In this document: positions 47,456 through 61,674 of the stretch, one piece after another
Position numbering within the stretch: position 1 is the stretch's first letter
Layout of the letters: each line of letters begins with the position of its first letter
Origin: Octopus sinensis
Taxonomy: Eukaryota
NCBI RefSeq assembly: GCF_006345805.1
Contig: NW_021836305.1
Coordinates: 1 to 64,000, forward strand
Direction: 5' to 3'
DNA: 64,000 nucleotides
Notes under the pieces: model-generated
Told to the model about the DNA's origin: nothing
Database searches by the model: none
What the model saw: only the letters and a program-made list of their open reading frames with translations
Translations under genes and position numbers: made by a program

Positions 47456-50340
47456 CTGCCCTCGACTCGGACGCGATTACCCGCCGAACTTAAGCATATC
47501 GCTAAGCGGAGGAAAAGAAACCAACCGGGATTCCCTAAGTAACGGCGAGTGAACCGGGAGAAGCCCAACGCCGAATCTCGTCGGCCGCGCCGGTCGTCGA
47601 GAGCTGTGGCGCAAGGGTCGTACACGGTCGATCGTTTCGCCCGGCTAGGTTCGGAGTCCCCTCGATCGGGGCTGCCCAGAGCGGGTGCCAGGCCCATTGG
47701 GAGCCGGCGGCGATCGGCGGTGTTCATCGGCCCGAGAGTCGGGTTGCTTGGGAACGCAGCCCAAAGCGGGTGGTAAGCTCCATCCAAGGTTAAATACGGG
47801 GACGAGTCCGATAGCCGACAAGTACCGCGAGGGAAAGTTGAAAAGAACTTTGGAGAGAGAGTTCAAGAGACCGTGAAACCGCCCAGGGGTAAACGGGTAG
47901 GACCGCTCACCGCGATCGCGAGGGGACTCAGTCCGCTGCTTCACGCCGAGGCGCCGTCGTCGTCGACGAACGCGCCGGTGGCGGGCGGTCGTCTGCCGCC
48001 TCGTCGGCGTTCGATTCCCGGGGCGCCGGCATCGGACGCACTTCCCCTCCGATCCGTCGTCGCGACCCGTCTCCCGTCGGGCCGGTAGGCGCGCGGCGTC
48101 CGCAGGTCGCAGACGAGAGCCCCGTCGCCGCCGCGCAAGCGGCGGTCGGTGGGATCCACGCGCTCTTCTCGACCGGGCCCGTCGCTCCACGTAAAGCGCA
48201 GGCACGGCTAACCGACGGAGACGGGCAAACGCACCTCGCCCTTAGCACGAACGACGCAGCGAGTCGCGCGCGGCCTCTTCGCGGAGGTCGCGAGCGACGC
48301 GGCCGCCCGCGCGCCGCGACTGCGCGGAAACCCTCGCAAGGGGGGCGACGCGCGTTGCGGTCGCGGGACACCTTCCGCCCGAAAAGCCGCCCGCTGCCGC
48401 CGGTCAGCGACGAGCATCGGCAACCTACCCGACCCGTCTTGAAACACGGACCGAGGAGTCCCAGTCGACTGCGAGTCGTTGGAGCCTTTCACTTCGCGAA
48501 CTCCGACGGCACAGCGAAAGCGAGAACGTGACACGACGTCGCCGTCTCGCTTCTGGCGGGACGGCGCTTCGAAGCATCGTTCCCGGGTCGGGTCCGCGCG
48601 TTCGCCGCGACGTTCGCGTCCGGCGTTCCCGCTCCGACTCAGGTGTAGCAGGCGGCCGGGGACCCGAAAGATGGCGATCCACGCCCGGTCATAACGAAGC
48701 CAGAGGAAACTCTGGTGGAAGTCCGAAGCGCCTCTGACGTGCAAATCGATCGTCAGAACCGGGTGTAGGGGCGAAAGACCAATCGAGCCGTCTAGTAGCT
48801 GGTTCTCTCCGAAGTTTCCCTCAGGATAGCTGGCGCCAGCGGGAGAACGACACGCAATTCCGTCCGGTAAAGCGAACGACTGGAGGCTCCGGGGACGTTG
48901 ACGGCCTCGATCTACTCTCGAACTCGGAACGGGCGAAACGGGCCGCTCCTCTCCCGATCGGAGGCGGCCGCCGTTATGCGACGACGAATGCACGGTGCCA
49001 AGTGGGCCACTTTTGGTAAGCAGAACTGTGATGTGGGATGAACCGAACGTCCGGCTAAGGTGCCCTACGCTTCGCCCATTAGATCCCCGAAAGGGTGTCG
49101 GTCGATATAGACAGCAGGACGGTGGCCACGGAAGTCGGAATCCGCTCAGGAGTGTGTAACAACTTACCTGCCGAATCGACCGGCCCCGAAAATGGATGGC
49201 GCTGGAGCGAGCGACCGATGCCGGACCGGCCGGGCGACAGGTTGCGCGATCGCCGGCGAGGCGACTTTCCGATGCCCGGTCGAGTAGGAGGGCGCCGCGG
49301 CGTGCATGGAAGCCGCGGGCGCGAGCCCGGGTGAAGCCGACCGCGGGTGCAGATCTCGGTGGTAGTAGCAAATATTCGAACGAGACCTTCGAAGACCGAA
49401 GTGGAGAAGGGTTCCGTGCCAACGGCGGTCGAGCACGGGTCAGTCGGTCCTAAGAAGCGGGCGAAAGCTTCCACGAAAGGCGCCGGATCCGTCGTTTAGA
49501 AAGAAGAAAAGAACTGCTCTCGCGCGGTTCTTCGATATCGATTTACGCGGCCGGCCTCGCATCGAAAGGGAATCGGGTTAATATTCCCGAACCCGAACTC
49601 GGAGAGTGCCCGTCCGTCGGCGGGAACGCGGCGTGCTCTTCCTAGCAGCGCGTCCGTCGTCGAAGCCGGCGGCCGGGCGAAGCAGCGGCAACGCAAGCGA
49701 GCCCGGAGACGTTGCCGGGAGCCCCGGGAAGAGTTCTCTCTTCTTCGTAAAGGACCGCGTCCGTGGAATCGGCTCGTCCGGAGATACGGATATGGTACCT
49801 GTAGAGCGCCGCGTCTCGGGCGGCGTCCGGTGCGCTCTCGGCGGCCCTGGAAAATCCGGGTCCGTAACGAATCGCAGCTCTCGAGTCGGTCCGTACCCAC
49901 CATCCGCAGCAGGTCTCCAAGGTGTACAGCCTCTCGTCGATAGCGCCAATGTAGGTAAGGGAAGTCGGCAAAATGGATCCGTACCTTCGGAAGAAGGATT
50001 GGCTCCGAGGACCGGGTCGGTCGGGCCGTGTGTGTCGCCTCGCTCCCGCGCGGCCGCGTCGCCGTTCGCTCGGCGTCGCGCCGCCGGGCGCCGGAACACG
50101 TCTTCACGCGAAGCGGCGGACCGGTACGGGGCTGTAGCGTTGGCGTCGGACTCGGCATCCGGTGCGCCCCATTTTTCCGGCGGTCGTCGCAGCGTCGCAG
50201 CGTCGGCGGGCAACCCGCCACGCGCCGGTGCGCGGTCGCGCCTTCGGTCAACGCGGGTCGGCTTCTACGCGCGCGTTCTTTCCTTCCGCTGCGCTGCGTT
50301 CCGTCGCGTGCCGCCGCCTACGGACCTCCCGGTCCGAAAA
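47456..50340 (+). rRNA. 28S rRNA, 5' part only, truncated at the end of expansion segment D8
   Basis: ACCCGCCGAACTTAAGCATAT, GACCCGTCTTGAAACACGGACC, GACCCGAAAGATGG and GTAGGTAAGGGAAGTCGGC; the A-rich D7a (hidden-break region) is at ~49455-49570; sequence switches abruptly to CR1 at 50339-50341, so the peptidyl-transferase domain is absent. Confidence 0.95.
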
Positions 50341-51120
50341 GCTGGCTGTGGACAAATGTACCACCATGCATTTTGGGAGGAAAAACCCAGCGTCTACTTA
50401 CTCCCTTCACAACACTAATCTCAAAAAGTCTTCGTGTGAACGTGACCTGGGCGTTATTGTCGACAGCGATTTGCATTGGACAAAACACATTGCTAAAATT
50501 GCCAAGACGGCTTGAGAGTGTCTTGGCATCACTCACCAAGTCCTTTGTGAGCCACTCTCCGGCTATCTATTAGTGGCTTTATATAGCTATGGTACAACCT
50601 CACCTGGAATTTGCATCACCGGTCTGGAACCCCTATCTTGCCAAGGATATTAATCGTCTGGAAGCCGTTCAGCGACGTGCAACCAAGAGAATACCCTCCA
50701 TCAGGCATTTGCCATATTCTGAACGCCTTACTTCCCTGGGCATGGACACATTGAAACACCGACGTCTGGCAGCTGACTTGGCAGACACCCATAACATTTT
50801 TAACCATCTTACAAACCATAACTCTGAGCACCTTTTCAAACTCCACCTGTTAAACACCCATGGACATGTTTACAAAGTCAGAAAACAGCACAGCTCCCAT
50901 GACTTTCGGAAACATTTTTTCATGCTAAGAGTTGCTGAAGCATGGAACAAACTGCCAGCATCAGTTGTTAGTTGTCAGAGCACTGCATCCTTCAAAACTT
51001 CCATGCTTCCTGAGATTCGCCAACACTACACCTGATTTTCTCCCCTCCATACACACGCAAGCATGTATCTGACTCATACACTGTTCGCTTTCCAGACATT
51101 TGTACATTACTGTATGTAAT
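50339..51120 (+). mobile_element. CR1-like LINE 3' part, 5'-truncated at the rDNA junction
   Basis: ORF 50589-51035 PHLEFASPVWNPYLAKDINRLEAVQRRATK...; duplicate of 33397-34125. Confidence 0.92.
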
Positions 51121-51485
51121 TGATATGCACAACAGAGAAAGCGGGTGAGTGGGAGGTAGGGTGTGTCTGATTTAAATATCAGGCTGACTGCATATTTTAC
51201 CTGTGTGTAGTTGGATATTATTTTGATGTTGAACGGATATTTTGTGTGTCCTCTGTAGAAAAAGAGGTAAGTAAAGATATCTTTTTGGTTGGGATGGTGG
51301 TGTTCATAGGGTTATGATACCCGGATGCTATTATATATATATATACATATATACACACACTTGTACATTTATGCAATATGTATGTATGCGTATGTCTATC
51401 CTTCTGTCTCTCAATATGTTCATACTGTTGCATGTTAGGCATGTATCTACATATATCTTTATATACATATATATATATATGTATG

Positions 51486-51531
<46 letters not shown>

Positions 51532-51542
51532 ATATATATATA

Positions 51543-51579
<37 letters not shown>

Positions 51580-53160
51580 ATATATATATATATATATAAA
51601 ATACTCACACACACTCACACACATGCACACACACAGACACACACACATAAACAGCAACACAAATACATGCATACATGCATAGTGACAAACTATTACACAC
51701 ACATGTGTAGAAATAAAAATGGAGCTTCTACATGGTCACATAATGTGTTAAAAAATGCAGCCAAACCTCCCTCTAACGTTGTCCTAGATACGTTATTCCT
51801 GAGAGCAACTCTTTCAATTACAGATCTAATCAATCAGTACTGACCTAGGGTTGTACAATAACAGATACGCTCAGATATGGGAGTAGATGGACCCTGAACA
51901 AAAGTACCCTATGATAGTGTTCTGCATGTTAAATACTTTTCCAGCCGTGTCTCACACAAGTGTAAAATAGAGAGTAAGAAAAACTTTGAATAAGTAAGAT
52001 AATCACTCACTTTTTCTCTCTACCTAATGTCAAAGATATGTAGTACATTTCTGTTATAATCTGAGTCCAGACTAAAAATTTTCGGTTCATCTTTGGTGTT
52101 ACAAGAAGTTTTGTTGGTCTCTCGGTCAACTGTACCCCACACAATAATCAAGAGAATTGCAGAGTTAGGTGATCAGATGTTAGGGGTGACGTGGTTCCAG
52201 AAATTGTCCGACAGTGTGTGTATATGTTTGTGTGTCTGTGTTTGTCCCCCCAACATCACTTCACAACTGATGCTGGTGTGTTTAGGTCTCCGTAACTTAG
52301 CGGGTCAGCATAAGAGACCGATAGAATAAGTACTAGGCTTACAAAGAATAAGTCCTGGGGTCAACTTGCTTGACTAAAGGCGGTGCTCCAGTATGGCCAC
52401 AGTCAAATGACTGAAACAAGTAAAAGAGAGTAAAGAGTATATACACATATATACATAGATGGTTGTATGTGAGTGTGTGTCTGTGTGTCTTTGTGTTTGT
52501 TTACCTCCTTGTTCAGCATAACAAGTGAGGCAATTTCTTTGACTAAACCCTTCAAGGCAGTGTCCAAGTAAGGCTGTTGTCCGATGACTGGAGCAAGTAA
52601 CAAGTTAAAAAATACAAGATCCATCGATATAATTGCATTCTCTTTATTAGTGTCTTTAATTGCCAATCCATTATAATTTTTCAAACCAGTTATGCTGATG
52701 CTGATAGCATGTAAAAAGCATCCAGTCAACCTGTATACTCTGTAAAGTGGCTGGCATTAGGAAGGGCATCAAGCTGTGGAAACCAAACCAAAACAGACTA
52801 TGAAAGCTGGTGTGGCCCCTGGCCTTGCAAGCTCCTGTCAAGCCGTCCAACCCATGCCAGCTTGGAAAATGGAATTCAAATGATGATGATGCTGATGATG
52901 ATGATGATGATGATGGTGATGATGATTCAGTCGTTTTGAAGTTTGACTTCATCTATCTTTATCAGTTTCATCTCGAGAGCTACGGCCATGCTGGGGCACT
53001 GCCATTAATTCTTTGTTTTTGTATAGTATTATATGATAAATTCAAACCTTGTATTCCTATCCACTGATGAAAAATAACTGCTTTTGTTTCTAACGAACTA
53101 GTAATCATTATTTACATTATTTACATTTGATGGATATTTGTCCTCATCTTGTTTGTTGTT

Positions 53161-53206
53161 AACACAACATTTCGGCTGATATACCCTCCAGCCTTCATCA
53201 GGTGTT
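53161..53206 (-). ncRNA. Hammerhead motif, duplicate of 36401-36446
   Basis: Identical sequence within duplication copy 2. Confidence 0.65.
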
Positions 53207-54754
53207 TTGGGGAAATGTCGACCCTGGGTTCTCATTCATAAGGGTTTTTTTGAAAGCTTAGTAAACTAGTAATCATTATTATTCTTTCCAAATTATTCTA
53301 CAAGTTGTCATTTTCTACAAAGTTCTAAAGCCTTATCTTTAATTTCATTCTAATAAGATTGCCAAAAAGGTATTCACTTATTCTTTTATTCATTTAAACA
53401 CACCAGCATCAGTTGTCAAGCGATGTTGGGTGGGGTGGGGAAACAAAGACACACAAACATATACACACACATACACACACACCTATATATATATATATAA
53501 TATATATATATATATACATATATACGATGGGCTTCTCTCAGCTTCTGTCTACGAAATCCACTCACAAGGCTTTGGTTGGTCCAAGGCTATAGTAGAAGAC
53601 ACTTGCCCAAACTGCCACGCAGTGGGACTGAACCCAGAACCATGTGGTTGGTAAGCAACCTACGTACCACACAGCCACTCCTACACCTCTGTGATAATAT
53701 ATTAGGAATGACAAGATGTGTTGATTGGATTCTTGCTGTTCTGCTTGCACTCCATGAAGTATACTTAATTTTATTATATAAAATGATATGTTCCCTAAAA
53801 TAAGGAATTCTTTCATCTGTATGTAGTAAGGAGGCCCTATTGGAGTGGGGGATAACCTCTTAATAGAGAATTTCAGGGAAAGTTGGTCAAAACAATCATC
53901 ATCCTCATCACCATCATCATCATCATCATCATCATCAACTGTCTGTTTGCCATGTTGGTATGGGTTGGATGGCTTGATAGTAACTGGTAAGCCAAAGGGC
54001 TGCACCAGGTTCCGTAGCCTGTTTTGGCTTGAATTTTAAAACTGGATGCCCTTCATAATGTCAACCCAGCTTTTTATGTACTGGATGCTTTTCATGTAGC
54101 ACCATCACCAATGTTTTTTTTTAAGTGGCACCAGCACCCCAACCAATGCTTTTTACATGGCACCCTGGTTTTAGGATGGAAATTCTTAAACCTCATTTAT
54201 GATATATAATGGACTTAACATCGTGAAACCTAAAGAGAGGAAGCATTACACATTTGTACAGCAAAACAATTGAAGAAGCTTTTTCAACTTTTAATATATG
54301 ACTTGTAGTTCTTTCAAGGAGTATTTTTTGAAGCTTTCCTATGACTTTTCTTATATATGACATTGTTACTTGATACTTTTGTATGTGTAGCAGATCAAAA
54401 GTGGAGAGGGATTACAGGTAATTAGATCGGAGGAGCAGAATGTTTTGATACCATAGACACAGTTTTCAGTGCATTAGGTACATAAACCCACACACACGCA
54501 TACACATGGTTGTTGTTAATAAAAAGAACAAGCAATTGAAGACCAGTGATGTGAAAAATCACTACAATTTCAATGTGTGACCTGAAGAAAATTGACCTGC
54601 TATTTCTAGCAGACTAAGTAACCACACACAATCTATTTCTTAAGTGGAGGGAAATAAAAACATGTCACAGGAAAAATAGTGAAAGTATAATATTTTATGT
54701 TTATGTATTTGTTTTGCAAGACTCTTGATGGGAAATCATGTGTTGAAACAGATA

Positions 54755-55545
54755 CAAGATCTGATTAATAAGTATACGGACTGTTGCCATAGTAACGAAA
54801 CTAAAGAGTAAAGATGTTTGGCAAAGATTGAGCTTGTACTCTGCTGTGCATGCACACTAAGTTTTAATGTTCTAGCTCACTTCCACTGTTTATAGCAGTG
54901 CTTGGAAGGAAGGTGTGTAGTGTATGATTTGTTGCATAGACTTGCTCAGAGGCCTTTACAAGGTTGCAGAAAGTGTATGGAAAGGAGTGTATGAGCTACA
55001 CACAAGTGTACGAGTGGTTCAGACATTTCCAAGATGGTCAGTAAAACGTCAATATTGACGAACGTTCTGGGAGACCAGCAACCAGCAGAACTGAGAAAAA
55101 CATCACAGATGTGCATGCAGCTGTGAGGGGAAATTGTCAAATCACCATCTGTGAGTTATCAGAGGACGTGCACATTAGTTACGGTTCAGTTCAGTTCATT
55201 TGCACTGAAGATTTGGGTATGAGACACATGTCTGCCAAGTTTGTGCCAAAAACTGCTTTCAACTGATCCAAAACACATTCAGGTTTCAGTTGCACAAGAT
55301 CTTGATTGTGTCGAGAACGGTGAAAACTTTTTGTAAACTTTGCATAGGCCTCTGAGCATGTATCGTCAAGCTTTTGGCAGAATTTCATGCAGATTCTCGG
55401 CTAAACTTTCTCTGTCATGGTCAATCCGACGATCACACACTATACACATTTTTTCCAAGCACTGCTGTAAACAGTGGAAGTGAGTTAGAATGTTACAACT
55501 TCGTGCAGATACACAACAAGGTTCAAGGTCAATCTGTGCATTTGT
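54755..55545 (+). mobile_element. mariner derivative with inverted duplication of its 5' region (foldback)
   Basis: TA-CAAGATCTGATTAATAAGTA start; internal VYEWFRHF...DERSGRP...MSAKFVPK transposase N-terminus; ~55315-55545 is an inverted copy of the 5' segment (minus ORF MKFCQKLDDTCSEAY). Confidence 0.75.
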
Positions 55546-55575
55546 GTCCCATTATAACTAAACATAAAACACACA

Positions 55576-55639
<64 letters not shown>

Positions 55640-55679
55640 ATATAATATATATATATATACATACACACATATGTATATT

Positions 55680-56160
55680 AGTGTATGTAGATTGTTAGTG
55701 ATTTTTTCCTCCGTCTTAATTTTTTTTGGACTACCCTCTGTTTCATGTTTCTAAAGAAGAGCTTTGCTCGAAACGTTAAGCACCCCTCTGTTCCTTTTGC
55801 TCCAAACCAAAGACAGTAAACGCCAGAGGATGACCCTACGTATATCACAGATTGAAATACAGAAAAATAGCATTTAGCAAACATCGACATTTGTGCCATT
55901 AACGAACAACCCAACTTCAGAATTTTCCCCTCTATAAATTCAGGGACAATTCAACCTATAATCAGCGCATTAGCAAAGAATCATATTTTATCGCAAGATA
56001 TAAATCCCTTTTCAATGCTTCCACCACAGATGACACTACTACAAGGCTCTTAGAATAATACCCACACAAATATTGAAAACGATATATTTAGAACAGTCAC
56101 TGCCCATGAACTTATTCAGAACAATTCCAATCACTACTGCTATAACCACAACATGTCACT
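55680..56160 (+). mobile_element. Penelope-like element remnant with degenerate hammerhead motif
   Basis: Encodes ...CAINEQPNFRIFP...KESYFIARY, homologous to the GIY-YIG tail at 58700-58915 (-); GTTT-CTAAAGA-A-GAGCtttGCTC-GAAAC-GTT-AAGC at 55747-55781. Confidence 0.55.
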
Positions 56161-56518
56161 TTTAGGTCACTTGACCATTCAAGAGGACTTTACGAACAGC
56201 CTACTGCAGTCATACCACTCCCGTCTTTTTCTTCTTCTTTCTCTTCTTTTCTCCCCTTCGTCATCCTCCTCCTCTTTGTTCTTCGCCGTCTCCTTCCTTA
56301 GCTACTGCTACTTAAACAGTCAAAATCCAGAACCAACACCCCCCATATTAAATACTTCAATTGTTTTTCATACTTTACTCTACGTTGAAGAAGTCGAAAC
56401 AGCTGAGCCCGGTACTAAAATGTTCTTCATGATAAAATTATTTTAGCATTTTCTACCTTATTTCCCTTATAATATGAACTTGTGTGTTACTTTTCAACCT
56501 TCTACACACACACACACA

Positions 56519-58268
<1,750 letters not shown>

Positions 58269-58339
58269 ATATATATATATATAGTATAAATATGTTCCAA
58301 AAAGAAAATATAAAATATAAAATACACGTGGAAATGTAA

Positions 58340-59539
58340 GGGGAAAATAAGAAAAATCAACGAAAATGCACATTGTACATAAAAAAAGAAAAGGCTTTTT
58401 ATGAAAGGTAACGACAGATATATACATTTAGATGGACTGAAGTAGTAATAAATGTTATAAAAGTCATTATTATGAGATGATTAAAAAGTCAGAAAGAAAA
58501 GCATACCATGGTTTCGTCCTAACCTATTCATTGCCTTGAATAAACACCGGCTAATGAACGGTGTCAGGACTAATAGTTCCTGAGTAAAAAGATTATTTGT
58601 AAGGGAGGTAAGTAGTTCTGGATTTCCTGCAGCTGTGTTAGATATAGAATTGTAATGTGAATGGTGTAGGGAGTATATAGGGGTTAGTAGTGTTCATTGA
58701 AGGGTTAGTGGTGCTCTGTATTAAGTTGTGTGATCATATTTAATTGGGAAAGATATTTATTGATGAAAATTGCCTCTTTATTCAACCTTTGTTGCATTGC
58801 GGTGTTCTGTGAACATTGATAGAAGGGGAAGATTTGGAAATTAGTATCAAGATTCATAGCACACCTTTCTATGTGTTCACTAACCTGTAACTGTCTGTAT
58901 TGTGTTTGGCGGATTTATTCTTTGTGGATGGTAGTTCTTCGACGGAGTGATATTCCTGTCTGTCCAATATAGTGGTTACCACATCCTAAGCATGTCATGA
59001 CATAGATTAGATTTTCCGAGGCCCAGGTGAAATTTGATTTGATCTTAAATATTTTTCCTTGTTTGAAGTGAAATTCTGAACCCTCCAAAAGTTGGGGGCA
59101 TGTTCCATAGTTAGGATGACCACATTTTTTCACTTTTGGCTATGTTGTTAGTGGATAAAGTCTTGCGCTGATTAATATTTTTTTCAGTGACTTCGGTTGC
59201 TTTTTGCTTTTTATAATTTTGTATGAGCTTAAAATTTCGTTCATTGTTTTGTCTGCTGTGAGGACGGGAAGATTTTGGGTGATAATGTTGAAGGCTTCGT
59301 TGTTTCTAGGGTTATGTGTGGAAATGTACGGGAGTATTTTTAAGTCTGGTTTAGTATTTCGGGTGGCTTGACTTAATATTTGTATATCTATTTCCTTAGC
59401 TCTTAATGACTTTTATGACTTTTATGACTTTTATTACTACCTCAGTCCATCTAAATGTATATATCTGTCGTTACATTTCATAAAAAGTCTATTCTTTTTT
59501 TATTTACTATGTGAATTTTCGTTGATTTTTCTTATTTCC

Positions 59540-59540
<1 letters not shown>
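58340..59540 (-). mobile_element. Penelope-like element (GIY-YIG), 5'-truncated with inverted repeat
   Basis: ORF 58915-59133 SENLIYVMTCLGCGNHYIGQTGISLRRR; 58340-58480 is inverted relative to 59400-59540. Confidence 0.8.
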
Positions 59541-59577
<37 letters not shown>

Positions 59578-59614
59578 ATGTACATATATATAAACACACA
59601 CACACACGTATATT

Positions 59615-59685
<71 letters not shown>

Positions 59686-61523
59686 TATATATATATATAC
59701 ACACACGACAAATATGATTATTAAGATTATGAGACAAGGAAGAGACAAACGAACAATACATGATATTTAAAAAGCAAAGTAAAGCGAACGCTGAAACAGC
59801 TTAAGAATATGAAATGAAATAATTACAGTGGAAGAACGTGTACATTGAAAATACGCTAATGAAAGAAGCAGAAGCGAATTTGATATTTCGGGTAATACTC
59901 TTTATCAAAGTGGAGAGAAAGGAATAAGAAATGTACGAGATAATACAAATATAAACGAATTACATGGTAGGCTTGGTGTAAAGTGATAGGTGGAGTGTGG
60001 GATACTAGGACCAGAAATGGCGCCACAATTTGGTTGACAGTGAAAGAATGAGAAAAAAAATAAGTGGGGAGAGAGTGGGAGAAAGGTGAGGAAGAGAGAT
60101 AGATGAAAGGTGATGAGTGTTGTGTGAGTGTATGAGAGAGAGAGAAGAACCACAAGAAAAGAAATGAGAAAACAAATCTTCAAACATGAAGCTGAAATTC
60201 AAGTCTTTTCATTCCATTTCTAAAGGGTTAGAAGACTACCAATGGTTTCAGTTTGCTATCTCTGCTTGCGTTGTCACTAAACATTGAAATTAGTCGATCT
60301 TTCGAAACTTTAAATACAGACATTGACGATTCTTGGTGGTATTTTTTTTAATCTCCAAAAGAATCCTTCCCCATCCACATTGAAAACTTGCCTTGACATG
60401 TAATTTCCTTCTCCAGTAATTTTTTCTTAAATTTTGTGCACAAAATTTTACTGCTTCATCCTCTGTGATTCTTTATATTGTGCCAACCTGCTCTCTTCTA
60501 GCGCCCAAACCATCCACGGTTTACAGTAAGGTGGGTTTTTTTTAACACAGCGCCCATAGTCCTTTTTTAGGACCAGAAGGACAATACATCATACTTCTGC
60601 AATACCTGTATTTTTTCGAGATACCTTAAGTTAGTCATCAAGACTGGAGTGTCTTTCAAATATTCTTTTCTACTCAAGGCACAAGGCCCGAAATTTTGGG
60701 GAAGGAGGCCAGTCGATTAGATTGACCCCAATACGCCACTGGTACTTAATTTATCGACCCCAAAAGGATGAAAGACAAAGTAGACCTCGGCAGAATTTGA
60801 ACTCTTTCAAATATTGTAACAAAATGTTTTTATATATTTAGTATCAGATAAAGTTGTATAAAAAAGTTTTTAGATAATAAATCAAATAAAACAATTTGTG
60901 GACTAAAGTGTTAATGGTATTTCCGGCATGGTACTACCTTATAATACCATACATTTTCCCCCAAAGTTATGGTTCCTTCTAGTTTCTTATTTAATGTTCC
61001 AGTTAGTGTACTAATGTATTTTGGTATGTTAAAAAAAAGGATGCCCAATATTCTAAAAGAAAGACAGAGAACGGAGCAGTCAGGGAAAGTATTCTAAGAT
61101 GTCTCGGAAACATTCACTTGTTAATAAAAAAAATGGCGTATTTTAATTGCAGCAAATACGATGGTGCACAGCAAAGGAGAATGGGAGTTGCTGGCTCTCG
61201 CCGACATAATTTGGCCTTTAGCTTAGCTGATAAATGCATTCATTGCTTTCAGACAGCCCACATTGAATTATAATCAAATTTTAAAAAAATATATTGCTTT
61301 TTATTTTTGCCGCTGAAAATTCTCATAGAGCTGTAAAGTTGTGAAAAACAAACGCTGAGAGTGAGAACTACCTGTGTATAATTGTATATTTTCATACAAA
61401 CACTCATATACGTAATTTGAACATTAACCACAGTATTATGAATTTTTTTTTTTTACCAGGGAGGTATCTGAGACTATATACAGAAGTGGCAATAAAAGAG
61501 AGCAAAAGAAATAGAAACCGAAG

Positions 61524-61602
61524 ATGACAGCGGATACTGTACCGCCAGAGAGGAAGTTGGGGTTACTAAAGGGAATTTCTATGATAGTCGGCATCATGAT
61601 TG
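61524..61602 (+). CDS. SLC7A9: SLC7A9-like gene 2, first coding exon
   Basis: Acceptor at 61460; in-frame upstream TAG then ATG; MTADTVPPERKLGLLKGISMIVGIMI(G) matches LGLISGISIIVGTIIG; GTAAGT donor at 61603. Confidence 0.88.
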
Positions 61603-61674
61603 GTAAGTAAAATATTTTGATATTCAAGTCCTTCTCTCAGCAATTAGAATATTAGTCGAGGTCTTCGTTTAAAG

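Larger units (their letters stand above)
50339..54867 (+). repeat. Segmental direct duplication, copy 2 (right flank of rDNA insert)
   Basis: Colinear with 33397-38151; shorter mainly through microsatellite differences and the absence of the palindrome arm. Confidence 0.95.

Noticed and set aside
38151-50340. GC-rich block as bacterial contamination or horizontal transfer
   Set aside because: It carries eukaryotic 18S/5.8S/28S signatures with ITS1 and ITS2, and is joined without gaps to host repeats.
50300-50400. Site-specific R2/R1-type insertion into 28S
   Set aside because: The break is upstream of the canonical R2 target (TTAAGG/TAGCC region, absent here), the adjoining sequence is a CR1 fragment belonging to the duplicated host segment, and 28S does not resume downstream.
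38201-50573. Many long Arg/Ala/Pro-rich ORFs (for example 42376-43446, 44927-45907, 48208-49422, 49606-50418)
   Set aside because: They overlap rRNA, ITS and IGS sequence on both strands; high GC suppresses stop codons and no protein motif is recognisable.
33397-54867. Helitron or composite transposon carrying the rDNA
   Set aside because: No TC...CTRR ends with a subterminal hairpin and no TIRs at the junctions; the breakpoints lie inside unrelated CR1 and mariner sequences.
58340-58500. Hammerhead in the third Penelope pLTR (CTGAAGTAG/CTGAGGTAG)
   Set aside because: The core does not fit CUGANGA, and no stem II or GAAA was found in register.
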